NCBI GenBank assembly: GCA_030604855.1
Contig: JAUVVC010000002.1
Coordinates: 210,001 to 242,000, forward strand
From: Erysipelotrichaceae bacterium
GTDB taxonomy: Bacteria > Bacillota_I > Bacilli_A > Erysipelotrichales > Erysipelotrichaceae
DNA length: 32,000 nucleotides
Direction: 5' to 3'
The notes beneath the pieces were generated by a model that worked only from the letters and a program-made list of their open reading frames with translations, did not search any database and was not told the origin of the DNA. Position numbers and translations under genes: made by a program. This document shows, in pieces, positions 1 through 10,393 of this stretch (the stretch's first letter is position 1; each line of letters opens with the position of its first letter).

Positions 1-758
1 GTGTAAAGAATGGAGAGGATTATCAGATTGTCTATATTGATACACCGGGAATTCATAAGCCTCAGCATGAATTGGGTCGTCAACTCAATCGGTTGGCTTT
101 TTCAGCTCTTGAAGGGGTTGATTTGATCTACTATCTATTGGATGTGACCAAGCCATTTGGAAAAGGGGATGAGTTCGTCCTGGATTTATGTAAACGACAG
201 AATCTACCGATTCTATTGGTTTTGAATAAGATCGATCTGATTACCAAGAAGGCTTTGTTGGAAAAACTTTTGGCTTTTTCCGAGATGGATCTCTTTGAAG
301 AAATCATTCCAATCAGCGCAAAGAACGATGACAACATCGAACGTCTCATAGAGGTGAGTTTAAACTTCATTCCTGAAGGTGAAGCAATTTTTAGTGATCC
401 AGAAATGGTAGAATATCCTGAATACTTTTACATCACCGAAATCATCCGTGAACATGTCTTGCATCTTACAAATCAAGAAGTACCCCATTCCGTTGCGGTT
501 GTATTGGATGACTTTAAAGAAGATAAAAAAGGGATATTGATTCAAGCCAGCATCATTGTAGATCGGGATTCACAAAAAGGCATATTGATTGGGAAGCAAG
601 GATCGATGTTGGTAGAGATTGGTACGAATGCTCGCTTGGAACTGACGAAGCGATTCAATAAGCCAGTTTATTTGGATCTGATGATTAAGGTGGATAAGAA
701 TTGGCGTAATATTCAGAAGCGAATCAACGCTTACAATAATTGGGATCTTGATGAATGA
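1..758 (+). CDS. era: GTPase Era, 5'-truncated by the window edge
   Basis: Frame 3 is open from the window start (VKNGEDYQIVYIDTPGIHKP...). It carries a DTPG G3 motif, an LNKIDL G4 motif and a C-terminal KH domain (VDRDSQKGILIGKQGSMLVEIG). recO follows, as in Bacillus. The ORF-track start at 72 is only an internal TTG. Confidence 0.9.
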   Translation, partial: VKNGEDYQIVYIDTPGIHKPQHELGRQLNRLAFSALEGVDLIYYLLDVTKPFGKGDEFVLDLCKRQNLPILLVLNKIDLITKKALLEKLLAFSEMDLFEEIIPISAKNDDNIERLIEVSLNFIPEGEAIFSDPEMVEYPEYFYITEIIREHVLHLTNQEVPHSVAVVLDDFKEDKKGILIQASIIVDRDSQKGILIGKQGSMLVEIGTNARLELTKRFNKPVYLDLMIKVDKNWRNIQKRINAYNNWDLDE

Positions 759-1509
759 CATCACGCGTGTGATTGTATTGAGCCAAAGTGATTATCAAGA
801 GAATGATGCCATCATCAGAGCTTTTTCGTATGATTTTGGTTTGATGAGTTTCGTTGCTAGAGGCATCCGAAAGATCAACAGTAAGAATCGCAGCATCTGC
901 ATGCCTTTTGCGATTTCTGAGTTCCAATTCAATCAAAAGGAAAGTTCTTCAATGCAAGGCTTACTCAATGGGCAGATCATTGTGACAAATCACAAACTCC
1001 ATGAGGATTTACGCAAATACGCGATTGCGAGTTTGTGGACAGAACTTTTGGGAATGAGTCTTGAAGGGGAAAGTGATGAAGTTTTGATTCATGAATTGTT
1101 TGAAAATACGATCACACTCTTCAAGCTGATCGAAGAGTCGGATAATTATTCAGCATTCATCTTATTCATGCTTGCTAATTTCTTAGATCGTACGGGATTT
1201 GCGCCACACGTTGATTCGTGTGTTGTCTGTGATGCGAGTAAGATAAACAGTTTGTCGATTGAAGAAGGTGGCTTTGTGTGCAGTGATTGTCAAATGCATC
1301 TTCATACACCAATTTTTGAAGTGGAATTGTTGCGTGACTTCAGGCTTGCTCAGAAAGTTGGCTTCGATAAATTGAAAGATTATTTGAGTTATAAGAAACC
1401 CCATGACGACTGTGTGAAATGGATGATTCAATTTTTTGAATATCACATTGGAACACAGCTTAAAGCGTGGGAATTTATGCATAAATGGTCTATAATAGAA
1501 GAGTTATAG
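751..1509 (+). CDS. recO: DNA repair protein RecO
   Basis: About 252 aa with a zinc finger (CVVC...CSDC), located directly after era. ATG 751 overlaps the era stop (ATGAATGA, 751-758). The ORF-track start at 748 is a TTG one codon upstream. Confidence 0.85.
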   Translation: MNDITRVIVLSQSDYQENDAIIRAFSYDFGLMSFVARGIRKINSKNRSICMPFAISEFQFNQKESSSMQGLLNGQIIVTNHKLHEDLRKYAIASLWTELLGMSLEGESDEVLIHELFENTITLFKLIEESDNYSAFILFMLANFLDRTGFAPHVDSCVVCDASKINSLSIEEGGFVCSDCQMHLHTPIFEVELLRDFRLAQKVGFDKLKDYLSYKKPHDDCVKWMIQFFEYHIGTQLKAWEFMHKWSIIEEL

Positions 1510-1518
1510 GAGAGTAAA

Positions 1519-2889
1519 ATGGACATCAAATTTGAGACAATCGTCAATCATGCAAAAAGTAGTGGTTTTGTATATCAAGGTTCTGAAATTTATGGTGGTT
1601 TAGCCAATACTTGGGATTTTGGACCCTTAGGGACCTTGCTCAAAGAAAACATTAAAAACGCTTGGCGCCAAAAATTCATACAAGAGAGTTCACATAACGT
1701 TGAGATTCAATCAGCGATTTTAATGAATCCAAAAGTTTGGCAAGCAAGTGGGCATTTAGCCACCTTTAGCGATCCTTTGATGGATTGTAAGAAGTGTAAA
1801 ACACGACATCGTGCCGATAAGTTGATTGATACCTTTATGGAAGGCAAAGTCAATGCTTCGAAGATGACGCAAAGTGAAATGCAAGTCTTTATCAAAGAGA
1901 ACAACATTGGATGTCCTAATTGTGGTGCACATGATTTCACAGACATTCGTCAATTCAATTTAATGTTCAAGACGTTTCAAGGGGTTGTGGAAGATGCGAA
2001 AAATGCGATTTATCTAAGACCTGAGACCGCTCAAGGGATGTTTGTCAATTTTAAAAACGTCCAACGCACAAGTCGTAAGAAAGTCCCCTTTGGCATTGGG
2101 CAAATCGGTAAGTCCTTCCGCAATGAAATCACGCCAGGAAATTTCATTTTCAGAACACGAGAGTTTGAACAAATGGAATTAGAGTTCTTTTGTAAACCAG
2201 GTACCGATATGGAATGGTATGGTTATTGGAAAGATTTCTGTATGAATTGGTTAACAAGCTTGAATGTCAAAGCTGAAAACCTACAATTACGTGAACATGA
2301 TCCAGAAGAGTTGTCTCATTACTCAACTGGAACCAGTGACATCGAGTATCGTTTTCCTTGGGGCTTTGATGAGATCTGGGGAATTGCGGATCGTACCGAT
2401 TATGATTTGAAACAACATCAGTCGCATTCCGGGTCGAATATGGAATACTTGGATCCTGCGACCAATGAAAGATACATTCCGTATTGTGTTGAACCGGCTG
2501 TTGGTATTGAACGTTTGTTTTTGACGTTCTTGACCGATGCATATGAAGAAGAGGTTTTGGAAAAGGATACACGTGTCGTTTTACATCTGCATCCATATCT
2601 TGCGCCCTTTAAGGCGTGTGTGATGCCCTTAAGTAAGCAATTGTCTGAACAAGCGGATTCAGTACACGCTCAACTTTCAAAATCGTTCATGGTTGAATAT
2701 GATGAAGCGGGCAGTATAGGAAAGCGGTATCGCAGACAGGATGCGATCGGAACGCCTTTCTGCATCACTGTAGATTTTGAGTCCGCAAATGATCAAAAGG
2801 TTACGGTTCGTCATCGTGATTCCATGAATCAAGAACGAGTCGCAATTGCGGACCTTACTGAATACATCAAAAAAGCAGTCCAATTCTAA
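1519..2889 (+). CDS. glyQS: Glycine--tRNA ligase, homodimeric (alpha2) type
   Basis: 456 aa with class II aaRS motifs ([25 protein letters not shown]; EPAVGIERL) and a C-terminal anticodon-binding domain. A GGAG-type RBS (TAGGAGAG) sits upstream of the ATG. Confidence 0.95.
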   Translation: MDIKFETIVNHAKSSGFVYQGSEIYGGLANTWDFGPLGTLLKENIKNAWRQKFIQESSHNVEIQSAILMNPKVWQASGHLATFSDPLMDCKKCKTRHRADKLIDTFMEGKVNASKMTQSEMQVFIKENNIGCPNCGAHDFTDIRQFNLMFKTFQGVVEDAKNAIYLRPETAQGMFVNFKNVQRTSRKKVPFGIGQIGKSFRNEITPGNFIFRTREFEQMELEFFCKPGTDMEWYGYWKDFCMNWLTSLNVKAENLQLREHDPEELSHYSTGTSDIEYRFPWGFDEIWGIADRTDYDLKQHQSHSGSNMEYLDPATNERYIPYCVEPAVGIERLFLTFLTDAYEEEVLEKDTRVVLHLHPYLAPFKACVMPLSKQLSEQADSVHAQLSKSFMVEYDEAGSIGKRYRRQDAIGTPFCITVDFESANDQKVTVRHRDSMNQERVAIADLTEYIKKAVQF

Positions 2890-2890
2890 T

Positions 2891-4669
2891 ATGCATGAAT
2901 CCTTGATTCAAGAAATACGCAGTAAAGCGGATATCGTTCAAATCATTCAGAATTATCTTCCGCTGATTAAGAAGGGCAAGAACTTTGTCGGTGTTTGTCC
3001 TTTTCATGACGATCATGATCCGTCCATGTCTGTCTCACTTGATAAGCAGATATTTAAGTGTTTTGTGTGTGGAGCAGGTGGAAATGTCTTCAATTTCGTT
3101 AAGGACTTCGAACAGATCCCGTATCCTCAAGCCATTCTAAAGGTCGCTCAACTTGCGAACATCATCGTTGAAGACCAATACCTCGATCGTCAGAATGCTT
3201 CCGATGCCAAAAACAAGCACTTGTTTGATGTCATTGCGGAATACGTCAAGTATGCACACTACATTCTGAACACTACAGATGGCCAGGGTGCACGGGATTA
3301 TCTTTTAAAACGAGGTTTGGATGAGTCAATCATCGATAAATTTGAGTTGGGCTATAATCTTGACCAAGACCAGGCGACGCGTTTCCTGCTTGCAAAAGGG
3401 CATTCACTTGAACACTGTGTCAAAGCCAATCTGACCCGTACGAATGAGTATGGGAATAAGGATATCTTTGCGAAGCGCATCGTTTTTCCGATTCATAATC
3501 CGGAAGGGAAGCCCATTGCTTTCACTGCTCGAACTTTGGATCCCAACGAAAATAGTAAATACATCAATTCAACAGAAACCGAACTTTACGTTAAAGGTCA
3601 AGTCTTATACAACTACCATCGCGCACTTCGAGCGATCAAGCTGAAAAAAGAGATGATCGTTGTGGAAGGTGTCATGGATGTGATCGCTTTGGATCGTGTT
3701 GGCATTGAGAATGTTGTGGCAACCTTAGGAACGGCGTGCACAAAGGAGCAGATTCGTTTGATGCAGAGTGCGAGTCACAATGTGACCCTTTGTTATGATA
3801 GCGATGAAGCGGGACAAAGTGCAAGTTTGCGCTTAGCACGCTTGTTGCTGGCCGCACGTATGAATGTTCAAGTCATTCGTAACACCAGTGGTTTAGACCT
3901 CGATGAAATCATTGAAAAGCAGTCGAAGACTAGTCTGCAAAACTTGATGGAACAAAAACTTTCCTATCTTGATTTCTTCTTTGAGTACAGTTTGAAACGT
4001 TTGGATCTCAGTAACTTCAACCAAAGAAAAGAATTCGCCAAACTCATCATGCATGAAAGCAATCAATTGAAGGATCGCTTCGATCAGGCATTGATGATTG
4101 ATCGACTGGCACAAGCCACACAGTTCACAGCGGAGCAACTGCGTTTGCTTGTTCAAACGGTGTCTACAAGTCCAAACCGAGTTGCTCAACGACCCGTTTT
4201 GAAGAATAAGTTGGAACTGACGACTTGGGCAGAGAAGGAAATTCTTGGTCAAATGCTTTTCAGCCAACAAGCCGTATTGGATTTTAGGCAGGATCTTGGC
4301 TTCTTTGCGGATCCAAGTTACCAAAAACTTGCCTTGACCATTATAAATTACTATCGAAGTCATGAAGAATGCGTGATTGCGGACTTCATTAGTACACTCG
4401 AAGACGCAGGCATGATAGAATTAGTTACACAGATTGTAGATAGTGAAATCTATTATCGTGCGTATTCAAGCGAAGCCTTGCATGATGCGATCCTTCGCGT
4501 TAAGATTAACAACCTTGATCGACAACTTGAATTGTTCAAACAGAAATACAGCGATGAACTCGCATTTCAAACAAATATGGAACGGATTCAAGATTATCAA
4601 TCATTACTAAAGCAGAAGCGAGAATTGGTTCAATTGAGAGGAGTAGACAAACATGGCAAACAGCATTAA
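2891..4669 (+). CDS. dnaG: DNA primase
   Basis: Zinc-ribbon [10 protein letters not shown]...CFVCGAGG and TOPRIM motifs ([11 protein letters not shown]; CYDSDEAG). The homologous N-terminus [16 protein letters not shown] starts at ATG 2891, one nt after the glyQS TAA. The ORF-track start at 2846 lies inside glyQS. Confidence 0.93.
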   Translation: MHESLIQEIRSKADIVQIIQNYLPLIKKGKNFVGVCPFHDDHDPSMSVSLDKQIFKCFVCGAGGNVFNFVKDFEQIPYPQAILKVAQLANIIVEDQYLDRQNASDAKNKHLFDVIAEYVKYAHYILNTTDGQGARDYLLKRGLDESIIDKFELGYNLDQDQATRFLLAKGHSLEHCVKANLTRTNEYGNKDIFAKRIVFPIHNPEGKPIAFTARTLDPNENSKYINSTETELYVKGQVLYNYHRALRAIKLKKEMIVVEGVMDVIALDRVGIENVVATLGTACTKEQIRLMQSASHNVTLCYDSDEAGQSASLRLARLLLAARMNVQVIRNTSGLDLDEIIEKQSKTSLQNLMEQKLSYLDFFFEYSLKRLDLSNFNQRKEFAKLIMHESNQLKDRFDQALMIDRLAQATQFTAEQLRLLVQTVSTSPNRVAQRPVLKNKLELTTWAEKEILGQMLFSQQAVLDFRQDLGFFADPSYQKLALTIINYYRSHEECVIADFISTLEDAGMIELVTQIVDSEIYYRAYSSEALHDAILRVKINNLDRQLELFKQKYSDELAFQTNMERIQDYQSLLKQKRELVQLRGVDKHGKQH

Positions 4670-6275
4670 AACTCTGGATGAGTTGAAAAAGGAATTACAG
4701 AGTAAATTTAAGAAGAAGGGACTACTTACGCAGGATGATGTGGATAAGGAACTATCCATCTATGATTTAAATGACAGCGAGGCGACGGAATTCATTGATT
4801 CGCTTTTAGGTATGGGTGTGAAGCTCAGTGATGAAGTCGTGATTGAAGAAGATGTGGATCTAACAGACAATGCGCTTGTAGTCGAAGACATTGAAATGAA
4901 GGATGATTTTGTCGATGAAGAAGATGAAGAAGCTGAGGAAGAAAGCTATTCTGCTAATTATGCATCCTCAAATCAAGCACGAGTCAACGATCCGGTTAAG
5001 CAATATTTAAAGGAAATCGGTCGTGTTGACTTATTGACATCAAGTCTTGAAACCAAGTATGCAATCGATATCAAAGAGGGTCTGGTTGTATTCAACCGTT
5101 TCAAAGTCATTTTCAACAACTGGTTGACTTTGACGAATTTGGATGAGAAGACTTTTGCGGAGGCAAGTGCTGCAGTTAGTCTGGATTTTGATTTGCACAC
5201 GCAATTGAATGAATCCGAAGGATCAATTTTTGATACACTTGTCTTCACCGTCACACAACGCTTAAAGACCTTGATGTTTAGAAAAGATGCGTTTATGAAG
5301 GAGATTGAAGCGTTCAAATCATTTGCAGACTATGACCAAATTCAGGACAGCATGACCCCAGTCCAAATCTATCGTCTGATGGCGAAGGATTATCCTCAGC
5401 TTGCGAACTTGGCGCATGATTTCAAGGCCGATCTGGAACCTTATCGTTGCTTTGCGTTTAAGAATTTCATGTATTGTTTCACACATCATTTCAACGAATT
5501 GACCGATACGTTTGAAGAAGATCTTAAGATCATCGATAAAGGTGATTTTGCGAAACAAGAACTTATTTCAGCCAACCTTCGATTAGTTGTGTCGATTGCT
5601 AAGAAATATGTGGGTCGTGGGATGTTATTCTTGGATTTGATCCAAGAAGGTAATATGGGTTTAGTCAAGGCTGTTGAAAAATTTGATCATACCAAGGGCT
5701 TTAAGTTTTCGACGTATGCGACATGGTGGATTCGACAAGCGATCACACGTGCGATTGCCGATCAAGCTCGTACGATTCGTATTCCAGTTCACATGGTTGA
5801 AACCATCAACAAGTTGACGCGTATTCAAAGACAATTGGTTCAGGATCTCGGTCGTGACCCAAGTGCTGAAGAAATTGCGGCTAAAATGGAAAACATCACG
5901 CCAGAAAAAGTTCGTGAAATTCAAAAGATCGCATTGGAACCTGTTTCCTTGGAAACCCCGATTGGTGAGGAAGATGATTCCCATTTGGGTGACTTTATAG
6001 AAGACAAAGATGCGATGTCTCCGGATGAGTATGCAAACAATCAACTTTTGAAGGATGAAATCAACAATATCCTCCAAGGTTTGACGGAGCGTGAAGAAAA
6101 AGTTCTACGTTTACGCTTTGGTTTATACGACGGTCGTACGCGTACTTTGGAAGAAGTCGGTAAGGAATTTGACGTCACACGTGAACGTATCCGTCAAATT
6201 GAAGCTAAAGCATTGCGTAAACTCAAACATCCGACCCGTTCAAAACGTTTGAAGGATTTCAACGACAAGATCTGA
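4653..6275 (+). CDS. sigA: Primary RNA polymerase sigma factor SigA/RpoD, unusually long at 540 aa
   Basis: Acidic region 1.1; region 1.2 ([14 protein letters not shown]); region 2 ([56 protein letters not shown]); region 3; region 4 ([30 protein letters not shown]). GAGGAG RBS present. Follows dnaG as in the Firmicute macromolecular-synthesis operon. Confidence 0.96.
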   Translation: MANSIKTLDELKKELQSKFKKKGLLTQDDVDKELSIYDLNDSEATEFIDSLLGMGVKLSDEVVIEEDVDLTDNALVVEDIEMKDDFVDEEDEEAEEESYSANYASSNQARVNDPVKQYLKEIGRVDLLTSSLETKYAIDIKEGLVVFNRFKVIFNNWLTLTNLDEKTFAEASAAVSLDFDLHTQLNESEGSIFDTLVFTVTQRLKTLMFRKDAFMKEIEAFKSFADYDQIQDSMTPVQIYRLMAKDYPQLANLAHDFKADLEPYRCFAFKNFMYCFTHHFNELTDTFEEDLKIIDKGDFAKQELISANLRLVVSIAKKYVGRGMLFLDLIQEGNMGLVKAVEKFDHTKGFKFSTYATWWIRQAITRAIADQARTIRIPVHMVETINKLTRIQRQLVQDLGRDPSAEEIAAKMENITPEKVREIQKIALEPVSLETPIGEEDDSHLGDFIEDKDAMSPDEYANNQLLKDEINNILQGLTEREEKVLRLRFGLYDGRTRTLEEVGKEFDVTRERIRQIEAKALRKLKHPTRSKRLKDFNDKI

Positions 6276-6937
6276 TGCTTAACTTAAGATTACAGCATAT
6301 CGTTAAAATGATTCAGCCATGTGACGTCCTGATTGACATCGGGAGTGATCATGGCTTTTTACCGATTCATCTTTTAAAAAACAGAATCATCCAGAGAGCA
6401 GTCATTTGTGACATCAATGCACAACCACTTCAGTCCGCGATCAAAAATACTCGTATTGCTCAAGTTGAAGATCGATGTACCTTTGTACAATCCAATGGGT
6501 TACGAAATCATCAGGAAGCTGTGGATGCGGCTGTGATCGCAGGGATGGGTTATGAAACGATCGCTCAGATCATTGAGCAAGATTTAAAACATTTCAGAGT
6601 CATCGATCAGATCATCCTTCAATCCAATACGCATTTGGATAAATTACGTGCGTTTCTTTTAACCCATAAATTTAAGATCATCGATGAGTCGCTTGTTAAG
6701 GATCGCAAGCATTTTTATGTCATCATTAAAGTTAGATATCAAGAAGAACTGTTGGAATTTGATGAATCGGATCTATGGATTGGTCCTGTGCTCAAGCATC
6801 GTAAAGATGATTTGATGTTTCAGTACCTGATGCAGCTTCATCGAACTGAAACAAAGGTTATAAAAGGGCAAAAAAAAGAATCTTCAAAGAAGATTCAAGT
6901 GATTCAAACTTATTTGGATATCATACAAACATCTTGA
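6275..6937 (+). CDS. trmK: tRNA (adenine22-N1)-methyltransferase, TrmK/YqfN-like
   Basis: 220 aa. The N-terminus (LRLQHIVKMI...VLIDIGSDHGFLPIHLL) is the SAM-MTase signature of the TrmK family. The gene sits downstream of sigA as in B. subtilis. Its ATG shares one nt with the sigA TGA (TGATG). Confidence 0.75.
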   Translation: MLNLRLQHIVKMIQPCDVLIDIGSDHGFLPIHLLKNRIIQRAVICDINAQPLQSAIKNTRIAQVEDRCTFVQSNGLRNHQEAVDAAVIAGMGYETIAQIIEQDLKHFRVIDQIILQSNTHLDKLRAFLLTHKFKIIDESLVKDRKHFYVIIKVRYQEELLEFDESDLWIGPVLKHRKDDLMFQYLMQLHRTETKVIKGQKKESSKKIQVIQTYLDIIQTS

Positions 6938-7835
6938 TGGCTTTGACCGCTTCTATTGGATCGATGCCATCACGAATGGCATTGCAATAAGCGATGACTT
7001 GATTGACCAAATACGACGGGGTAGAAGCACCAGCGGTGATTGCCAGTCGATTGAAGGTACTGAAGGGAAGTTCAAGTAGATCGTGATAGGTCTCAACTTG
7101 ATAAACCAGTGGGATTCCTTTATTTGAACCGATTTTAGCCAACATCCGTGTATTGTTGGATTTTGGATCACCAATGACAATCAAGGCATCGATGTGTTCA
7201 AGTTTTAAGATGGCTTCTTGTCGCATGCGTGTCGCACTGCAGATCTCGTCACTTATGATCGCGTGTGGATATTTCGCTTTGATTGCATCTAATAGTACTT
7301 GGATATCCAAAATGCTCATCGTGGTTTGATTGGTTACGAAAATACGCGGATGATCGATGTTTAAGTTCTGAATGGCATCCAAATCCTTAATGAATGTGAT
7401 GTTTACAGGGTCCATATCACAAATTGCTTCCGCTTCTGGATGATTTTCTTGACCAATGTATAAAATGTGATAAACTTCATCAAGGTATGTTTGAATTAAA
7501 TTTTGTGTCGAGATAACATCTTCACAACTTGCATCAACCGTGATCAAGCCTTTTGCTTGTGCTTTCTGGACGACATTGGAACTGATGCCATGTGCGGAAA
7601 AGATGACGACGCCTTCATTTACTTGATCTAAGAGATCCATTCTAGACTTGCCTTTAGATTCAACCGTCTCAACACGATGATCTTTCATTGCTTCAACAAC
7701 GAAGCGATTGTGGACCAATTCACCTAGTATGGTAATCTTTTGGTCCGGATATTTCTTCGCAGTTTCTTTCGCGATTTGAATCGCTTTTACGACTCCTTTG
7801 CAGAAACCACGTGGATTTACTGTAATAATTTCCAT
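6921..7835 (-). CDS. ispH: 4-hydroxy-3-methylbut-2-enyl diphosphate reductase (MEP pathway)
   Basis: 304 aa beginning MEIITVNPRGFCKGVVKAI. Three conserved cluster cysteines are present (GFCKGV, DASCEDV, EICSATR). GGAGGTG RBS present. The 3' end overlaps trmK by 17 nt. Confidence 0.9.
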   Translation of the reverse strand: MEIITVNPRGFCKGVVKAIQIAKETAKKYPDQKITILGELVHNRFVVEAMKDHRVETVESKGKSRMDLLDQVNEGVVIFSAHGISSNVVQKAQAKGLITVDASCEDVISTQNLIQTYLDEVYHILYIGQENHPEAEAICDMDPVNITFIKDLDAIQNLNIDHPRIFVTNQTTMSILDIQVLLDAIKAKYPHAIISDEICSATRMRQEAILKLEHIDALIVIGDPKSNNTRMLAKIGSNKGIPLVYQVETYHDLLELPFSTFNRLAITAGASTPSYLVNQVIAYCNAIRDGIDPIEAVKAIKMFV

Positions 7836-7909
7836 TTTTCACCTCCACGTAATCATACCATACTTTTAAAAAGGTGTTGAAAACACTATAATGTCACTGA
7901 GGTAGTACT

Positions 7910-9271
7910 ATGACGATAAGACAAGATGAACGCTTAAATAAGTTTCTAACGGACCAAGGATTCAAGTTTGAAACCGAGATTCAAAAACAGGCATACTCCC
8001 ACATTCTAAAGGGTAAGGATGTCATTGCCATCTCAAAAACAGGAACTGGGAAGACATTGGCTTATTTGATGCCATTGTTCGCACGCATCCAAGTGAGTGA
8101 AAACCGCATTCAAGCCGTGATCCTTTCTCCAACCCAAGAATTGAGCCAACAGATCTATCAAGTCGCAAAGACGCTTACTAAATATTTTCCGGGTGTACGT
8201 TTATTGCGTGCGACCAAAGGTGAAGATCGACGTAAGTTTGAAAAAGAAGCAGAACACCATGCGCATCTCGTCATCGGGACAGTCGGTAAGTTGAAATCAC
8301 TCTTTTTAGATGACAATCTTCTCCGTTTGGATCAAACAAACATGTTGGTCATCGATGAAGCGGATATGATGTTGGATTCGACGAATTTAGCTGAGATCGA
8401 CCAGTTGGCTGGACGTATGGCACAACAGTTGCAGATGTTGGTTTTTAGTGCGACCATTCCGGATAACATGAATGCATTCATGCGTTCCTATATGCATCAA
8501 CCGAAGTTGATCAAGATTGAAGAAGATGTCAAGTTCGATCCTCGATTGGAACATGTCTTGATTCCATTCAAGAGTGAATCCTATGACATCGTCTTTAAAC
8601 TGCTCCCTCACATCAATCCATCCTTATGTTTGATTTTTGTGGAACACCACGATCAATTATTAAAATTGAGCAAACAATTCAATGATCAAGGCATCCGTCA
8701 CCTCTTGATTTCTGGAAAGATGAGCGCACGTGAACGCAATCAAGTCTTGAAACAAGTGCATGAAGGTTCCTTTGTGTATGTTTTGTCCAGCGATGTGGCG
8801 GCCAGAGGGTTGGACCTTGAAAACTTAAGTGATGTCATTTCACTCGGTATGCCAAGCGATTTGAGCTTCTATACGCATCGTGCAGGGCGTACCGGTCGTG
8901 CCGGACGCAGTGGACGAGTGTTTGCATTCTATTTTGAGAAGGATCTTCCAAAGGTTCGACAATTGATCAAGAATGGCATTGTATTTAACTATAAGGCCTT
9001 AACTAAAAATGGTTTACGTGAAATGAAGGAATTGGACTATCAACACAAACGTAAAGCCAGTGAGCTGGATATAGAAATCCATAAGATTGTAAAATCAAGA
9101 CCCAAGACGGTCAAACCTGGCTACAAGAAGAAGATGACGGCTGAGATTGAACAGCTCAAACGTAAGCGTAAGCGTGATATGATTCAAAAGAGTATCAAGG
9201 AACAACATAAACTTAAATCAAAACTGAAGCAAATCGAAAAACGCTCAGACGCAAACAAGGATCATGACTGA
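7910..9271 (+). CDS. DEAD-box ATP-dependent RNA helicase with a Lys-rich C-terminal tail
   Basis: Q motif (FKFETEIQKQA), motif I (SKTGTGKT), VIDEAD, SAT and motif VI (HRAGRTGRAG). The basic tail reads KKKMTAEIEQLKRKRKRDMIQK. A GAGG RBS lies 7 nt upstream of the ATG. Confidence 0.9.
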   Translation: MTIRQDERLNKFLTDQGFKFETEIQKQAYSHILKGKDVIAISKTGTGKTLAYLMPLFARIQVSENRIQAVILSPTQELSQQIYQVAKTLTKYFPGVRLLRATKGEDRRKFEKEAEHHAHLVIGTVGKLKSLFLDDNLLRLDQTNMLVIDEADMMLDSTNLAEIDQLAGRMAQQLQMLVFSATIPDNMNAFMRSYMHQPKLIKIEEDVKFDPRLEHVLIPFKSESYDIVFKLLPHINPSLCLIFVEHHDQLLKLSKQFNDQGIRHLLISGKMSARERNQVLKQVHEGSFVYVLSSDVAARGLDLENLSDVISLGMPSDLSFYTHRAGRTGRAGRSGRVFAFYFEKDLPKVRQLIKNGIVFNYKALTKNGLREMKELDYQHKRKASELDIEIHKIVKSRPKTVKPGYKKKMTAEIEQLKRKRKRDMIQKSIKEQHKLKSKLKQIEKRSDANKDHD

Positions 9272-9283
9272 TCCTTGTTTTTT
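9253..9283 (+). terminator. Rho-independent terminator of the helicase gene, built from the overlapping 3' coding ends of the helicase gene and ispG
   Basis: 10-bp perfect stem ACAAGGATCA (9255-9264) / TGATCCTTGT (9269-9278) with loop TGAC, then T-rich TTTTTA. The helicase TGA (9269-9271) and the ispG TGA (complement of 9262-9264) both lie inside the stem. Confidence 0.75.
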
Positions 9284-10332
9284 ATCATAAATTGTATCTC
9301 TGCTTTAAGTTCTTCAACGATGCGCTCCTGAGGAACGGATCGTACATAAACCCCTTTCTTAAAGAGCAAAGCTTCTTTGTGTCCACCAGCGACACCGATA
9401 TCCGCACGTGAAGCTTCCTGAGGACCATTGACAGCACAGCCCATGATAGCTACTGTAATGTCTTCATTGAGCTCATCCAGATATTTCTCCATCTCTTTAA
9501 CAATCGGCAACATGTCGTATTGGATGCGTCCACAGGTCGGACAAGCGATCAGGTTCGCGACTTTGTCGTATAGATCGAAATTTTTAAGAAGTTGCTTAGC
9601 AATCTTCAACTCTTCACTTGGATCGTCACTGACGGAGATGCGCATCGTGTCTCCGATCCCAAGATGAATCAAGGTTCCAAGTGCAGCTGAAGATTTGATT
9701 GCGGCGGATAACATCGCTCCGGCCTCTGTCACTCCTAAATGCAAGGGGTAGGGGAAGACTTCAGCGGCTTTTTGATAAACTGCGATCGTCAAGGGAACTT
9801 CTGAGGATTTGAATGATAAGACGATATCTTCAAAGCCATTTTCATTCAAGATGTTCACATGATACTGAGCACTTTCAATCATGGCTTCAACACAAGGCTT
9901 ACCATATTTTTTGAGAATGTCTTTTTCAATCGATCCTGAGTTGATGCCGATGCGGATGGGAATGTGTCTTGCCTTGCATGCTTCCACAACTTCCTTGATA
10001 TGTTCTGGATTTTTGATGTTTCCAGGATTGAGTCGAATTTTATGAATGCCATTTTGAACAGCCAATAATGCCAAGCGATAATTGAAGTGGATATCCGCCA
10101 CGAGGGGTATGTTTACTTGTTTTACGATTTCTGCGATGGCATTGGCGTCTTCTTCATCCAGTACAGCTAAACGGACGATCTCGCAACCGTTGCCGGCAAG
10201 TGTTTTGATTTGATTGACCGTTGCGTCCACATCCTTCGTTTTGGTGTTGGTCATGGATTGAATGATGATTCGATTCTGACCACCGATTTGAATATTTTTG
10301 ACCATGACTGGTCGTGTTTCGAGTCGTTTCAT
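9262..10332 (-). CDS. ispG: 4-hydroxy-3-methylbut-2-en-1-yl diphosphate synthase (MEP pathway)
   Basis: The N-terminus MKRLETRPVMVKNIQIGGQNRIIIQSMTNTKT matches the IspG/GcpE N-terminus. C-terminal Fe-S cysteines are present (ACPTCGR, MGCAVNGPQEA). ATG 10332 has an AAGGAG box just upstream. The ORF-track start at 10383 has none and adds a non-homologous 17 aa. Confidence 0.9.
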   Translation of the reverse strand: MKRLETRPVMVKNIQIGGQNRIIIQSMTNTKTKDVDATVNQIKTLAGNGCEIVRLAVLDEEDANAIAEIVKQVNIPLVADIHFNYRLALLAVQNGIHKIRLNPGNIKNPEHIKEVVEACKARHIPIRIGINSGSIEKDILKKYGKPCVEAMIESAQYHVNILNENGFEDIVLSFKSSEVPLTIAVYQKAAEVFPYPLHLGVTEAGAMLSAAIKSSAALGTLIHLGIGDTMRISVSDDPSEELKIAKQLLKNFDLYDKVANLIACPTCGRIQYDMLPIVKEMEKYLDELNEDITVAIMGCAVNGPQEASRADIGVAGGHKEALLFKKGVYVRSVPQERIVEELKAEIQFMIKNKDQS

Positions 10333-10393
10333 AAGCTCCTTTATTGATTGCGCAATCAAGTATGATTTTGCGACTAAATGCATTATAATACAA

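Noticed and set aside
3893-4363. Long antisense ORFs inside well-identified genes: 3893-4363(-) 156 aa, 5661-6077(-) 138 aa, 4973-5317(-), 27446-27808(+) 120 aa, 29799-30218(+) 139 aa.
   Set aside because: These are shadow ORFs opposite dnaG, sigA, recN and dxs. They have no motifs and no RBS, and their composition is typical of antisense frames of coding DNA.
10298-10393. N-terminal extension of the PBP ORF (track start 10298).
   Set aside because: The extension would overlap the ispG start region on the opposite strand, begins with TTG and encodes non-PBP-like sequence. The TM anchor follows the ATG pair at 10394/10397. The same reasoning applies to the track extensions at 2846, 14114, 15338, 16623, 19390, 21763, 23061, 25964, 31270 and 31490.
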